From NCBI RefSeq assembly GCF_009914755.1, contig NC_060925.1: 64,000 bases of DNA. One strand, given 5' to 3'. The position numbers were made by a program, and so were the translations under genes. Of the stretch, positions 26,377 to 53,007 are shown one piece after another (position 1 is the first letter of the stretch; each line of letters starts with the position of its first letter). The DNA is from the human T2T-CHM13v2.0 reference genome, Homo sapiens. The notes below the pieces were generated by a model, which worked only from the letters and a program-made list of their open reading frames with translations, searched no databases and was not told where the DNA came from.

Positions 26377-26444
26377 GTATCATGACTGGTGCCTTTTATT
26401 CAGTCTCAACGTTATTAAATCAAATGATATTGACATATTATGAG
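26377..26444 (+). CDS. FLVCR1: FLVCR1 exon 4
   Basis: TTGTAG| [22 protein letters not shown] |GTAAGC; 68 nt. Confidence 0.97.
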
Positions 26445-26587
26445 GTAAGCTTCTGCTTATATCAGATTGCATGCCTGGCCAAGAATTTTTCTTTAGCAAT
26501 ATAATTGTCGTTAGCAGGGTCATGAGATTAAGGGTTATGACATTGTTGCTATCAAATATTTACATTTGTTTTAATTGAGAATATATT

Positions 26588-26997
26588 TGTTAAAAAATGA
26601 AATTTCCACAACTTTATATATCTAATTGGCTTTTATTATCAATTCGTTTATTGGACAGCATCCCATCTAAAGATTTAGAAAGGTACTGATGAGCTGAGCA
26701 GAGGAGATGGGCTTTATAGGCAGAAAAAGGCTGAAGAAAGCAGAAACAAGGAACAAAGAGCAGATTGGTTGCTACAAAGTTACTTTCCTTATAGGAGTAA
26801 AACAAAGGGGACTGGGCCCCATCTGATAGGTTGCTATGAATCTCCTTTTTTTTTTTTTGGAAAAGTGGCCCATTTTAAAGTTCAGTTTGATTATGTGACA
26901 CCTAGCACTAGTGACACCATTCTATGTGGTCTGGTCTGTTGGGCCTACTGTGGGAGCTCACTCCAAAACAATGGCCTCCCATCATTTTAATTTAACA
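26588..26997 (-). mobile_element. Solo ERV1-class LTR in intron 4
   Basis: Termini TGTTAAA...TTTAACA; 4-bp TSD TATT (26584-87 / 26998-27001); minus-strand TATAAA ~26713-26718 and AATAAA ~26632-26637. Confidence 0.8.
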
Positions 26998-27138
26998 TAT
27001 TTAATCCAGTTTATAAAGCACATAGTATGGCCAGGCATAGTGGCTCACGCCTGTAATCCCAGCACTTTGGAAGGCCGAGGCGGGTGGATCACCTGAGGTC
27101 GAGACCAGCCTGACCGACATGGAGAAACCCTGTCTCTA

Positions 27139-27504
<366 letters not shown>

Positions 27505-27655
27505 TTATATGGAAAAAGACAAAACATTTTAAGGGAACTCAGCATAAATATAGATAAATAAATATCAAGTTTTGATTGACGTATCTGCTTTTGAAAGGAT
27601 AAAGCAGTTGTACTATGTAAAAGCTATCGATTAACCTCCTTTTCAGATATCTATA

Positions 27656-27997
27656 CAGTGTCATACCTTGCTTAGTGACAGGAATACCTTCTGAGAAATT
27701 CGCTAGGCAATTTCATTGTTGTGTGAATATCATAGAGTGTACTTACGCAAACCTGATGGTAGAGCCTGCTACATACCTAGGCTACGTGGTATAGCCTATT
27801 GCTCCTAGGCTACAAACCTGTATAACATGTTATGCTACTGAATGTTGTAGGCAGTTGTAATACAATGGTAAGTATTGTGTATCTAAATATATCTAAACAG
27901 AGAAGGTAGAATAAAAATACAGTATTATAATCTTACAGGATCATACTGTATATATGATTCAGAGTTGACCTAAATGTAATTATGGAGCACATGACTA
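27656..27997. mobile_element. Tigger3/MER7-like TcMar MITE
   Basis: TA|CAG start; GTGTACTTACGCAAACCT...CTCCTAGGCTACAAACCTGTA core; ends CACATGACT. Confidence 0.8.
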
Positions 27998-28268
27998 TCT
28001 ATACTTAAGAATCCTAACAAAAATCATTGTACTTCTAACCATAGAGGATTAAGGAAAATTTTCCTTTTTTATTTCTTCTATTATTTTAGGCTTTTTTTCT
28101 GGTTTTAAAATATAATGCTTTTATATATTCTTTACCTGCCCTCCCCTCCCACACTGACACATGTACTAAATCTTCCTACTGTGTGCTTAGTTTTATCTAA
28201 TTATTTTCATTGACTATGAAAAGGTGTGGGAATGTGAAGAGTCTGAATTAGTTAATCCATTTATTTGA

Positions 28269-28400
<132 letters not shown>

Positions 28401-28543
28401 TAAGTGAAAGTAAATACATGTATGGTGTATAACCAAAGGTATTTTGATTTTAAAGGACAATTTGCTTTTTATTTCAAGAAATTTAAAACATGTTATTACT
28501 TAAAGATACGGATTCTAAACACTAGTAGGTTCTCTTCACTTAA

Positions 28544-28735
<192 letters not shown>

Positions 28736-29032
28736 TAGTAGAGACGGGGTTTCACCTTGTTAGCCAGGATGGTCTCGATCTCCTGACCTTGTGATCCACC
28801 CGCCTCGACCTCCCAAAGTGCTGGGATTACAGGCGTGAGCCACCGCGCCCAGCAACAAGTGTTTCAATACTCTATGTATTGTATTATTTTATTGGTCACA
28901 TTTATTTCAATTCTGAGAACTTGGATACCTTATGAGCCCCTTCTTTCTAACAGTACTCATACCTACCACTTCCGAAGGAATTATTTCTATTCTAAAAAGA
29001 GCCATTTCTGAGAAATATTTGACTTTTGATAG

Positions 29033-29173
<141 letters not shown>

Positions 29174-30875
29174 TGAGTAGCTGTGACCACAGGTGTGCAC
29201 CACCACACCCGGCTAATTTTTTGACTTTTTGATAGAGACAGTGTTTCACCATGTTGCCCAGGCTGATTTTGAACTCCTGAGGTCAGGCAATCTGCCCACC
29301 TCAGCCTCCCAAAGTGCTGGGATTACAGGCATGAGCCACTGCACCTGGCCTATCTTGTTCTTTTTTTATGTTGTGGGCTTAAATACAAAAACAAAAAAGT
29401 AGTTCTTTCCAATCAAAAAATTATTGTTGAGCATAAGGCTTTATTTTGGTAAGAACTTTTTGGCTAAAGTACGCCCAGACTACAGTACCACTTAACTGTA
29501 ATATAATGCATAATGTGAAAATGCTGGTTTGACACAATGTCTTATGCCTGTAATCCCAGCATTTTGGGAGGCCAAGGCGGGTAGATTGCTTGAGGCCAGG
29601 AGTTCGAGACCAGCTTGGGCAACATGGTGAAACGCCATCTCTACTGAAAATACAAAAAATAGTCAAGTGTGGTGGTGGGCACCTGTAATCCCAGCTACTC
29701 AGGAGGCTAAGGAAGGAGAATTGCTTGAACCCAGGAGGCAGAGGTTGCAGCGAGCTGAGATAGCGTGCCACTGGTCTCCAGCCTGGGTGACAGAGCAAGA
29801 CGCTGTCTAAAAAAATAAAAAAAAAAGAATATACTCTGTTAATTGTACATTATATGGAACCACCGAAAGACTAATACCAAAGAAAATGAATGATACCAAC
29901 TGGGAGACTAAGAAAGGGGTTTCAGAGGCAGCATATTTTGCTCTGGGAGTGAAAAGAATCACCACATTTTGTAACATGCCAAAACTTACCCCTGTACTTG
30001 GAAATGAATGAATGAAACTATTAAGGAATAAATGAATGAAATATGGAACTGTGTCCCGTGTACCTTTCAAGGCTCAAGATATATTTGATATTATTAGTCT
30101 AAACGCTACCAAAAGTATCTCTAATCTTGAAATTCTCCATATTCTTCCATAATTTAAGACAGCACTTGCCTTAGCTTCATTATTTTAAAATGATAGCTTA
30201 GAGTGAAACCTACTTGATATATAGATGAAGGGAGCATATGTAAAGGATTATATTTCTTAAGTCTTTCATCCGTTATACATTTAGAAAACTTGATAGGCAT
30301 AGATGTGTGTTCTTTGCCACTGTGGCTTCCTTCTCAGGGTAACTGCCATTCATTCACCAAACTCCTGTTGTGTGCATCTTTCTTAGATGAAAATTATGGC
30401 TGGCATTATGTGATCCCTGTTCTTAAGATGTTTGTGGTCTAAATGGAGCAAATAAGGCATTCACATGTGAAAAGTTAAATAATATAACAAACTAAAATAG
30501 ATGTCATAAGTTTTATAGTGCCAGTATGATAAGGGAATTTGGAAGAAAGAGAGACTCTTATAAACTGGTGTGGTTACAGAAGGCATTTGGAAGAGGTAGA
30601 ATTTGATCTGAATCTTGAAATGTGAATAGGGAACTATCCCATTTGGTGGCATAAAAATGATTTTATTCCTATAAAAGGATCCTATCTGAGCATTCGATAT
30701 GGTGTGGTTTTCTGGTGCTGCTGAATCTTAAATTAAAAATGCTTTAAAATTTGTGCTTTGGTGGATACATATTTCCATGGACAAGAAGGGGTGAACTTTG
30801 AAAAACAAAGATTCATTACTGAACAGGTAAGAGTGATGATTTTTGTATTCCTAGGAGAATCAGACAAAATACTAA

Positions 30876-31010
<135 letters not shown>

Positions 31011-31476
31011 TAAGTATCAGATGTGTTAAGGAGGAATGATAGCATGCTGTTATAATTCTGAAGTATTATTACTCTGGTCTTTAATTTTTTCAGTTCATCC
31101 AAAGTTTCTTCAATATTTTAAACTTCAAAGGATTCATTCTATGCATATAAACATGTAATTCTTAAGAACTATTAAAAATTATTTAAAATTGGTTTTTGGT
31201 ATACCATAGGTAAAAAATGGATGAGCCTTACTTAATCTGTGTAACTTTATTTGGTTACAATCAACTTATAAAACTAGAAGTAAATTTTTCTCAGAAAAAA
31301 ATGTGTATTTGTTGCTTCCAGTTCTGTAACCTTGAGCTGATTGGTCAATGATAATAGTTCCTTACTTTGACATAGCAACTTCAAAATATTCACTTATTTG
31401 GTCATTAGAATAAGCCCGAGAGGCAGAATGATTGCATCAGTATGTGATTGTGACTTTCTGGTAGTTCTTTCTGTAA

Positions 31477-31611
<135 letters not shown>

Positions 31612-32156
31612 TGATTTCTCTAAACCTGAGATGATTATTATACCAGATATTCTAGTGAGTAATGAGTTTGACCATGGTTTTATTTGTTGTTGTTGTTGTT
31701 GTTTTGTTTTTTGGAGACAGAGTCTTGCTCAGCCATCCAAGCTGGAGTGCAGTAGTGCAGTCATGGCTAACTATAGCCTCAAACTCCTAGGCTCAAGCAA
31801 TCCTCCCCCCTCTGCCTCCAGAGTTTTTGGGACTGCAGGTGCACACCAGCATGCCCAGCTAAATTTTTTTTGTTATTTTTTGTAGAGATGGTGTTTTGCC
31901 ATGTTGTCCAGGCTGGTCTCGGACTCCTGGGCTCAAGCAATTCGCCTACCTCAACTCCCAAAGTGCTAGGATTACAGTGGGTGTGAGCCACTGCACCCAG
32001 CCTGACCGTGGTTTTTGTTTTAACAATTCAACTTTTCAATGAATGTTTCTAGAAACCAAATCATATAACCAAAATAAGAAAAGTTCTGGTGAAAACTTTA
32101 TACTTGCTTTAAATAATTTAACTTAATAACGAATGATTTTTCTTATTGTATTTTAG

Positions 32157-32312
<156 letters not shown>

Positions 32313-33244
32313 TAATTTTCATATATATTGCTTCTCAATAGCTTGACAGAACTCAAGGGGAAAAAAATGAGATAAAAAGCAGGACATTATTTGTTTTCTT
32401 CTAAAGACATGAATCTCTTACTTCATTTTGCAGATTTCAAATTCAATACAGTTACTCTGCATAGCAAGCAAAACTGTTATAGTAAGAGTAGTAAAGGCTG
32501 GGTGTGTTGGCTCATGCCTGTAATCCCAGCACTTTGGGAGGCAGAGGCGGGCAGATTACTTGAGGTGAGGAGTTTGAGACCAGCCTAGCCAACATGGCGA
32601 AACCCCGTCTCTACTAAAATTAGCCAGTTGTGGTGGCGCACACCTGTAGCCCCAGCTACTTGGGAGGCTGAGGCAGGAAAATTGCTTGAACCCAGGAGAC
32701 AGAGGTTGCAGTGAGCCAAGATCACACGAGTGCACTCTAGCTTGGGCAACAGCGAGACTCTGTCTCAAAAAAAAAAAAAAAAAAAGAGTAGTAAAGACCT
32801 GGAGTTGGGAAGACCTGGCCTCAAATTCCGATTCTGTTGCTCAGTGGGAGTGTGACTTTAGACCCGTTGCTTAACCTCTCAAATCCTCCTTTCCTTATTT
32901 ATATAATAGAGTGTTAAAGCCTGCTTTATAGGGTTACTGTGAGGATTAATTGAAATGGTTCATGAAAAGTTCCTAGTGTCTGGCACCTGGGACGTGCCTA
33001 ACATGTGTTACTATTGTTATAATGTGGTAGAGATGGTAAGCAGTCAAGTGGTAGTGGTGGAAATAGTATGTGGAATCCTTAGCTAGTGCTTATACTTCTT
33101 AGGTATAGTCATCATAGACATGGGCAGGAAAGAAAATAGTGCTCAATCTCCAGAGAAAGAGAATGTCAGAGAATTTTTATCCATAGTTTGCCCATGCACA
33201 TGGGTGTACAATAGATTTGGAAGCAGAACTTTTTCCAGGTGCAT

Positions 33245-33692
33245 ACTTTTAAAATGTCATCATTCCCTAAACATTATAGTATAACAGCTATTTACATTGT
33301 ATTAGGTATTAGTAATCTAGAGATGGTTTAAGTACATAGGAGGATGTGTGTACGTTATATGTAAATACTTCCCAGGGGCGTCCAATCTTTTGGCTTCTCT
33401 GGACCACATTGGAACAAGAAATATCTTGGGCCACACATGAAATACTCTAATACTAATGATAGCTAATGAGCTAAAAAAAAAAAATTGCAAAAAATCTCAT
33501 AATGTTTTTTAAAAATTTGTGAGTTTGTGTTAGGCCACATTCAAAACTGTCCTGGGCCACATATGGGCTGCAGACCACAGGTTGAACAAGCTTATACTAC
33601 ACCATTTCATATAAAGGCCTTGAGCATTCGTGGATTTTGGTATCTGAGGTGGGGTCTTGGAATCAATCCCCCGCAGATACCAAGGGAGGTTG
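33245..33692. mobile_element. MER2-like TcMar element with nested MER30-like hAT MITE (33373-33594)
   Basis: MER2 core (TAATCTAGAGATG; GGATTTTGGTATC) split by CAGGGGCGTCCAATCTTTTGGCTTC...CAAGCTT; degenerate ATACTNCN TSD. Confidence 0.75.
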
Positions 33693-34113
33693 TGCTTCGT
33701 TGATCTGGTTATAACTTAGTTGGAGGATCTGGTTATAACTTAGTTGGAGAATCTATCAGAAGGATGTGAATCAGAATTTCTTCTACTGTTTGTGGAATAC
33801 CTGATCATTCTTTGTGAAACCTTCAATATGAAATCTCACCAGTGATAGACATTTTGGATATACACAACTACCTAAGGTCGCTCACTCAATTGTATGAATG
33901 ATAGGAACCTGAGCATTCATTCACGAAGCTAAAAGAAAGTGAATGCACTCTGTTTCCTCAAAGAAAAACATCTTATCACAGGGAGTTTTTCCCCCTGTCC
34001 AGTTAGTAAAATAAAACATACAAAACTGTGAAATATGTAATACATTAACTGCTTTAACTATTGTTCTTTCATAAGTAATTCCATGTTGGTTCTTAATTCC
34101 TAGGCAAGTACTA

Positions 34114-34284
<171 letters not shown>

Positions 34285-34635
34285 TTATGGGCACACACCT
34301 GTAATCTCAGCTACTTGGGAGGCTGAGGCAGAAGAATTGCTTGAATCTGGGAGGCTGAGGCAGAAGAATTGCTTGAATCCGGGAGGCGGAGGTTGCAGTG
34401 AGTGGTGAAGATCACACCACCACTCCAGCCTGGGTGACAAAGTGAGACTCCGTCTCAAAAAAAAAACAGTATTATTGTTATACCAAAGAAGGGAGCAGTT
34501 TTGTAATCCTCCTTCAAATTACTTTTACAAGAGATTCATGAATACTAATTCAAACAAATCAAGTCTAGAAAATTAAGAAGTGAAAATAGATCTTTAAAAT
34601 TAGTTTTACATTGATGCTTTTACCATCTCAAATGG

Positions 34636-37526
<2,891 letters not shown>

Positions 37527-38000
37527 CATTCCCTTCTGCCTAGAATGCCTTCCTCTCCTCTTGTCTGCTTGACAAGTTATTACTCAGTTTTTTCCAGTAT
37601 CAAGTATGTCTTCTCTGGAAAGCCTTCTCTAATTTCCTTTGGCTGACATAGACTTTTTTTGCTCCCACTTCCCCACCATACCTTGCAATTATCACACACT
37701 GTTATACTTGTTTACATGTCAAAGTTTCCCTAGATTGGCGAGTCCTTTAAGAAAAAGAATTACACTTTTCATTTTTGTATCATTGGTTGCTAGCATTCCC
37801 GTATTTGTTCAATAATGAATGACTTATTAATTGTTAACAACTTTAGAGAGGTACTATTATTTTTCAGGCTGTTGGGATGCTATTAAATATCATGACACTA
37901 CAGTGTATTAAATTTGACAATACCAAGAAAGACTTTGAGCTGCTTTTTAAAAAAATCTTCACATAACAGTTTATAGTAACTTGATGCCCCTCTGTTTCAG

Positions 38001-38068
38001 CATTAATCAAGTCTGATCTGCGAAGACACAACATAAATATAGGAATTACAAATGTTGATGTTAAAGCT
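38001..38068 (+). CDS. FLVCR1: FLVCR1 exon 9
   Basis: TTTCAG| [22 protein letters not shown] |GTAAGT; 68 nt. Confidence 0.98.
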
Positions 38069-38234
38069 GTAAGTAACATTTTTATGATTATACTGTTGAG
38101 AAGTATGTGTAGAATAAATGTGAAACCATATTTTTTTATTTAGCTATTTTTCTCCCGAGTCAACTGTTGATCTGTTATAATAGGATATGCCAGATGCTAT
38201 ACATTTTTAATCTTCTGATTGATTGTTTTTATAG

Positions 38235-38309
38235 ATACCAGCTGACAGTCCCACAGACCAAGAACCAAAAACGGTTATGTTGTCCAAGCAGTCAGAATCA
38301 GCAATTTGA
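38235..38309 (+). CDS. FLVCR1: FLVCR1 exon 10 CDS (C-terminus, TGA)
   Basis: TTTATAG| IPADSPTDQEPKTVMLSKQSESAI*; exon lengths sum to 1668 nt = 555 aa + stop. Confidence 0.98.
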   Translation: MPADSPTDQEPKTVMLSKQSESAI

Positions 38310-39669
38310 AGAGAAAGGCAAAGTTACTGTCCTGTAGTAATTGGGGACAATGTGATCATCCTTGGAGAGAGATGTGAGCACCAAGGCTGGGTTTGTATGT
38401 GGTGGGGGAATAAACACACTTACTTGAAAATTACCATATGAACTCTAAATGCATAATTATTATTTTGCTTAATTGTTAAATTAAGGGAAATTTTCTTAAA
38501 ATTCTTCTGTTTACATCATGTTAACACTACTGTTTATCTAATTAGTATCCGGTTTTTAGTCTCATATTGTATCTGAAAGTAAGCTTCTTGACGTTTACTT
38601 TTTAAAAGTCGATGTTTTTCTTTTTTGTAGAAAATGGAAGCTTAGAAGACTTTTTAAAGTGATAATATGGGGTGTTCAGTCCCCATAAGATATAATAGTT
38701 CATGCAGTTTATATATTAAAGTATCCAGTGGAACTAAATGTACAATATATTCCTAATTGGCTGCCTTTTTCACTGTGCTGACCAGCTGTTCAAGCCACTT
38801 CAGTTTGAGTACAACATACCAACATGACACTACTCACCCACAAAGGACAGCATTGGGATCAGGCTTTCAGATGACCTCTAAGATTTTTCCCATTTATTGT
38901 ACTCTTGTTACAAAGTACTTTTTAACACATGCAGTCAATGGCTATAAAAACTATTCTGTGTACAGATTCTACCCAGACTTTAGTCTTAGAATTATGTTCT
39001 AATTAAGGAGCCTGGTTACAGGTTCATTCTGTCTTGAGTTCTTTTCTGTGCTGCCTTTCTATCATGGATAAATGCTAACGCTGTATTTTTTCACTCCAAC
39101 TTGAGATAGAGTAGTTTTGTACCCATTGCCTTTTTTTTCTTTTAAACTCTCTCTTTTTTTTTTTCCTGATGTGTAACTTTCTAGTAAGATAATTTCATCA
39201 TGTATGTTACTGGCTATTTCATGATTTCATGTATCACATTGTATATTTTGCCTTGAAGATTCCTGAAATAAGGAAATCTATAATAACTTCAGATAGCCTA
39301 CATGTCCCCATTTAGTGGAGACCTCTTGAATGCTATTTGAATTCTGCAGTATCATTTTTATGACCATTCTCCTTTGAGGAATACTATGCCCAGGTACATG
39401 CTCTATCAGTGTGCTGGGAGAGTGGATTCTTTTCTTCACTGCAGAGTCATCACACTGTTGGAATAGTCTGCTCTTTTACATGCTCAGGTAGGGAAAATAG
39501 GACCAAATATATTTCCACAGTGCCTACCACTGTGTCATGTTTACAGTGAGAGTTTAAATATTGTTGATGTCCTGACTCTGTGAGCTCATAGGGAGTATCT
39601 TCATAGTAATGACATTTGATCAGCCATAAAATTTACATTATGTTCATATGCACCCAAAAAAGCTAGTCA

Positions 39670-40902
<1,233 letters not shown>

Positions 40903-41677
40903 GGCAGAATATATGCATTGATATATATTGAAATTATAACATTCTCTATAATCAAGTGACTGTAAATTATGTCGAATCTGACCCTGGGGAATGTGTTACC
41001 TAAAGAATTTGACTAAGAATCAGGAACTCTGTGTCCATGTCCTGGATGTATTTCTGTATGTTCCTATAACTCTGGACAAATCATTAAACCTCTCTGGGCA
41101 GCATTTTCCTCATCCATGAAATGAATGTGTTCAATTTGATCTCAAAGATCTTTCCAAAATATTAAATGCCATTAATCATGGAATAGACCAAATTATTGTA
41201 TCACAGGAACTTGAATCCAGCCAGAGAAAAATTCCCTGGACAATTGGATAAACAAATATGATTGCTACCTTATGGATACAACGGACTTTTACATTTCTTT
41301 TTAGCCTTTTTAGTCAGTTGAGGGTAACTCAAGCAGAGTATGTCCAATCATTAGCTTCCTTTGATATTTACATTACAGGTAAAAACGGCCAAAAATATAT
41401 TTTAAGGTCTCTCCCCAAATAATTGTTTTTATTTTTAAACTATCAATGTTGTTTAAAATAATCATGTACTTGTTGAGTTCCTGAGGTTTGGAACAAATTA
41501 CACATAAAATTTAGAATACTTTATTTCTGAAAAGCATATACATATATGTTATGTTTATTTTTCCTTGTTGATTAGAAAGGTGATGGAATATGTGACAATG
41601 CAAAATGAATTGATAATTTTTCTGTATTTTGAGTGAAAGTTGTCTGTAATATGTCAAGCAAGAATGTTATAATTCTA

Positions 41678-42044
41678 CAGTAATGTGTGACTTCATGACA
41701 GAGCTACATTCTGAGAAATTTGTCATTAGGTGATTTCATCATTGTGTGAACATCATGAAGTGTACTTACACAAACCTAGGTGGTAGAGCCTACTGCACAC
41801 CTGGGCTAGATGGCAAAGTCTGTCGCTTCTGGGCTACAGACCTGTACAGCATGGTACTGTATTGAATACTGTAGGCAACTGTAACACAATGGTATCTGTG
41901 TAATCTAAACATAGAACAGATAATACATTGTGCTACAATGTAACAATGGCTGTGGCATCACTAGGTGATAGGAATTTTTCAGTTCCATTATAATCTTATA
42001 GGATCTCTGTCATATGTGGTCAATTGTTGATCGAAACATGACTG
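41678..42044. mobile_element. Tigger3-family MITE in the 3' UTR
   Basis: TA|CAGTAATG...CATGACTG|TA inverted termini with TA TSD; same core as 27656 element. Confidence 0.82.
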
Positions 42045-42343
42045 TATGTCGTATTTTCAGAAAATGGAATAGGTAATCATCACTTGTGTGAATTTTAATC
42101 AAATGACTTAGGAAAGAAACTGGATGTTTCAAAAGCTGTTGCATTTATTACAAATGTCACAAATACAGCTCTTGCCTTTTGAGAATGTTGGAGAGATGTC
42201 TTTAAAAAATATGTTTGTGTGTAAAAATGTGTCTGTATGCAATAGCTAGAAAAATGCCTGTGTCTTAAGTCATTACTCATGTTCTAATTTTTGTTCTTTG
42301 TACTATTTATCTGTATGCTTGTTCTTCAGTATTTCAGACTCAA

Positions 42344-42349
42344 AATAAA
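42344..42349 (+). terminator. Distal polyadenylation signal
   Basis: AATAAA with upstream TGTA and downstream T/GT-rich tract. Confidence 0.75.
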
Positions 42350-42557
42350 TTTATTTTTTTATGTTAATTTTCTGTGACTTTTTGAAAAATTCTGATGCTT
42401 AGGTACACATGGGGAGTTTAAAGGGATTATAAAATTTCAGAATGGGCAAAGAGGGAATGAGGTAGTGCATGGAACATAAAATGAGGAAACAAAGTCTACC
42501 AGGGTCAGGGCTAAAATAGATACTAAAATATTTTATTCCTTTAAAAGTAACTTTAGA

Positions 42558-49420
<6,863 letters not shown>

Positions 49421-51237
49421 TTAGCGTAGAACAGCAATTTTGCCCGCCACCACTTTTGCACCATCATTGCAAATGTCAACATAGTGAAAAAGGTATATAA
49501 CTTCTTTGTATTATTATGAAAACAGTTTGGACATTATGGATTCCCTGAAAAGGGTCTTGCTTCTAGAAAGGAGAAACTGGCTATCACTACATTGATCAAT
49601 GACTCACAATGCCAGAATATGGAGAGAATAAAGAGTAAGGGAGGATCAAGGATCAAAGGCCTCTAACAAGGAGGTAGGTGGAACATAAAGAGTTAGTGGA
49701 GACAAAGAAGGAGCCTAAGGGAAAGACAGGCAGAAGATTTAGGGTGGTTTTATTAATGAGACCAAAGAGAAGAGAATTGGTAGCTGCAAAGCAAGATACT
49801 ACCTCTGTGTAAACGAAGAGTTATAAAAAGCTGCTACTACCATCTGTTGTCATGCCATTTAAATTATAATTAGTATGATATTTCAGGATAAAGTTTCCAG
49901 CATTATTTAGTTTTACAAACAGCTAAATATTTGAGGCAAAAGCCATGAAACTGTTTAAAATATAAAATAATAACATGGCATTTTATCTGTTACCGGCTAC
50001 CCTATAAGAAATAGGAACTTTAAAATCTAAGACCTTTCTCAGATCCCATTCAGAATCACTAAAATTTACATTTAGATTTTCAGTGGGAAAAACTACTTCC
50101 ATCCAGAAAAAAAGATACTCTTTATTTTCAATAGCAGGCGAAGAAATCTAGGTAAGTAACACATTTCTGAAGTCACCTCTTTCCTGTAAGCCACCTGTTA
50201 GTGTCAGCTTCTCGTCCTCACCACACTGCCCCTCACTTTCTGCAGGAAGAGTTGGTCAAATTAATAGGTGACATCCCGCCCTGAAGTAATTTCAGGGCCC
50301 TTGACAGGATCCCATGCCTGGAAGATGCCTTTATGACCTTTCACCGGAGATACGATATTTTTGGGTCCCTAAAGAGAGAGAAGGTTTCAAAGCACACCAG
50401 ACTACCAAGAGGGAATATCTCATCTTAAGTCTGATGGCTGTCCTGCAAGCAGGTTTGAATAGGAGGGAGGAGGAGATGGGGCTTGGAGGCCCTATAGCCT
50501 TGAGAAAGGAGAAAAGGACGGCACAGGAGAGAAATTTAGAAAGGACTCATTAAAATAAGACATATGAGCCTCATTTTCCATTTCGACAAGTGACGTATTA
50601 AGCCTTTGTTTTATCTTGTTATATGTACCCATTTGCACTTTTCCCTTTATCTTGATTATTTTAACCCGTGGGCGAAATGGTAACTGTAAAGAGAACAACC
50701 TGGCGGAAACCAGTGGAAACTTGATTTCTGGTTGGAGCCCATAGGTTTCGGTTGACAAATGCTGCTTGAGCATACCTCTCATTCCCATAATGAGGAAAAC
50801 ATTTGATTCTTCCAGGGATGAACTGGCCCCAAACTCCCTGAGATAAAATGATAAATTAGATTTTTATAAAGTTTCATAATGCATAAAAATTAAAATGAGG
50901 CTGAAATAGGACTGACAGTGCTTTCTTTTTCAGTGAAAAGGCTGAATCCTTCAAAACATACTTTGACCCCAAACCAAGACGGACAAGATCTGGGTCATTC
51001 CAGCTAGGGCAGAATTTGTCCATGGCCAGAGCTTTCTATTGTGTCATCAGGAGCTCAGAATTTAAAAAGATGTCCCTGGAGAGGCTATACACAGCAATAG
51101 ACTCATTCTTTGCAACGTTATTCAATACTTGGTACTCTTATTCATAAGGTAGATTCCTTGAATGGTTTTCTTCTGTTATTTATGTGCATTACCTCACTGC
51201 CTCAACTGTACCATGAGCCCTTTGAAAGTATTCATCG

Positions 51238-51976
<739 letters not shown>

Positions 51977-52239
51977 TCATCATGGATTACAGGATAAAAA
52001 CATGGTCTTTGTGGGGCCCAAAGTCTTAGGTTTGAAACCTATTTATGATCTTGGGAAAGTAACTTAAACCCCCTGAATTTCCGTTTCCTCCTCAATTAAA
52101 TAGGACAATATTTCCTGTTTTGCAGCTTTGTGGTGAGGGTTAAATTTAAGCAGAAGGCACACAGTAGGTCCTCAATGAATCAGATCCATTATGACTCTCA
52201 TTTAAAAAAACAGTGTGAATAGGAACTTGCTGCTGATAA

Positions 52240-52600
<361 letters not shown>

Positions 52601-53007
52601 CTAAACTTGACGTTATTTATAAGCAGCTGCCAATAAAATTATTATTTTCCCAAAATATTGTCACTTGCATGTGTATGTGGGTACAGTGCTGGGGACTGTG
52701 CAAAGATGGTGAAACAAAAATGAATTCAGAAGATATCTGAATTCAGGGGAGATATGGGCAAATAAGATGGTAGCCAAGGGATTTGGGCACCAAGAGAACA
52801 AAACTGAGTTGTTTTGTGAGCAGGAAAAATGGTTCCTATATTTATCGCACAATCCTCAACAAAGGAAATTAAAAAACAAGCTAGAAAGGAAGCCACCAAC
52901 AAGCCCACTACCCATGAACAACTCACTTTTCTTGTTCTCTTTTAGTTTATAGGCATACATAATTTTACATAAGAATAAAGCAGTTTCTATATTTAACATA
53001 AGACCAT

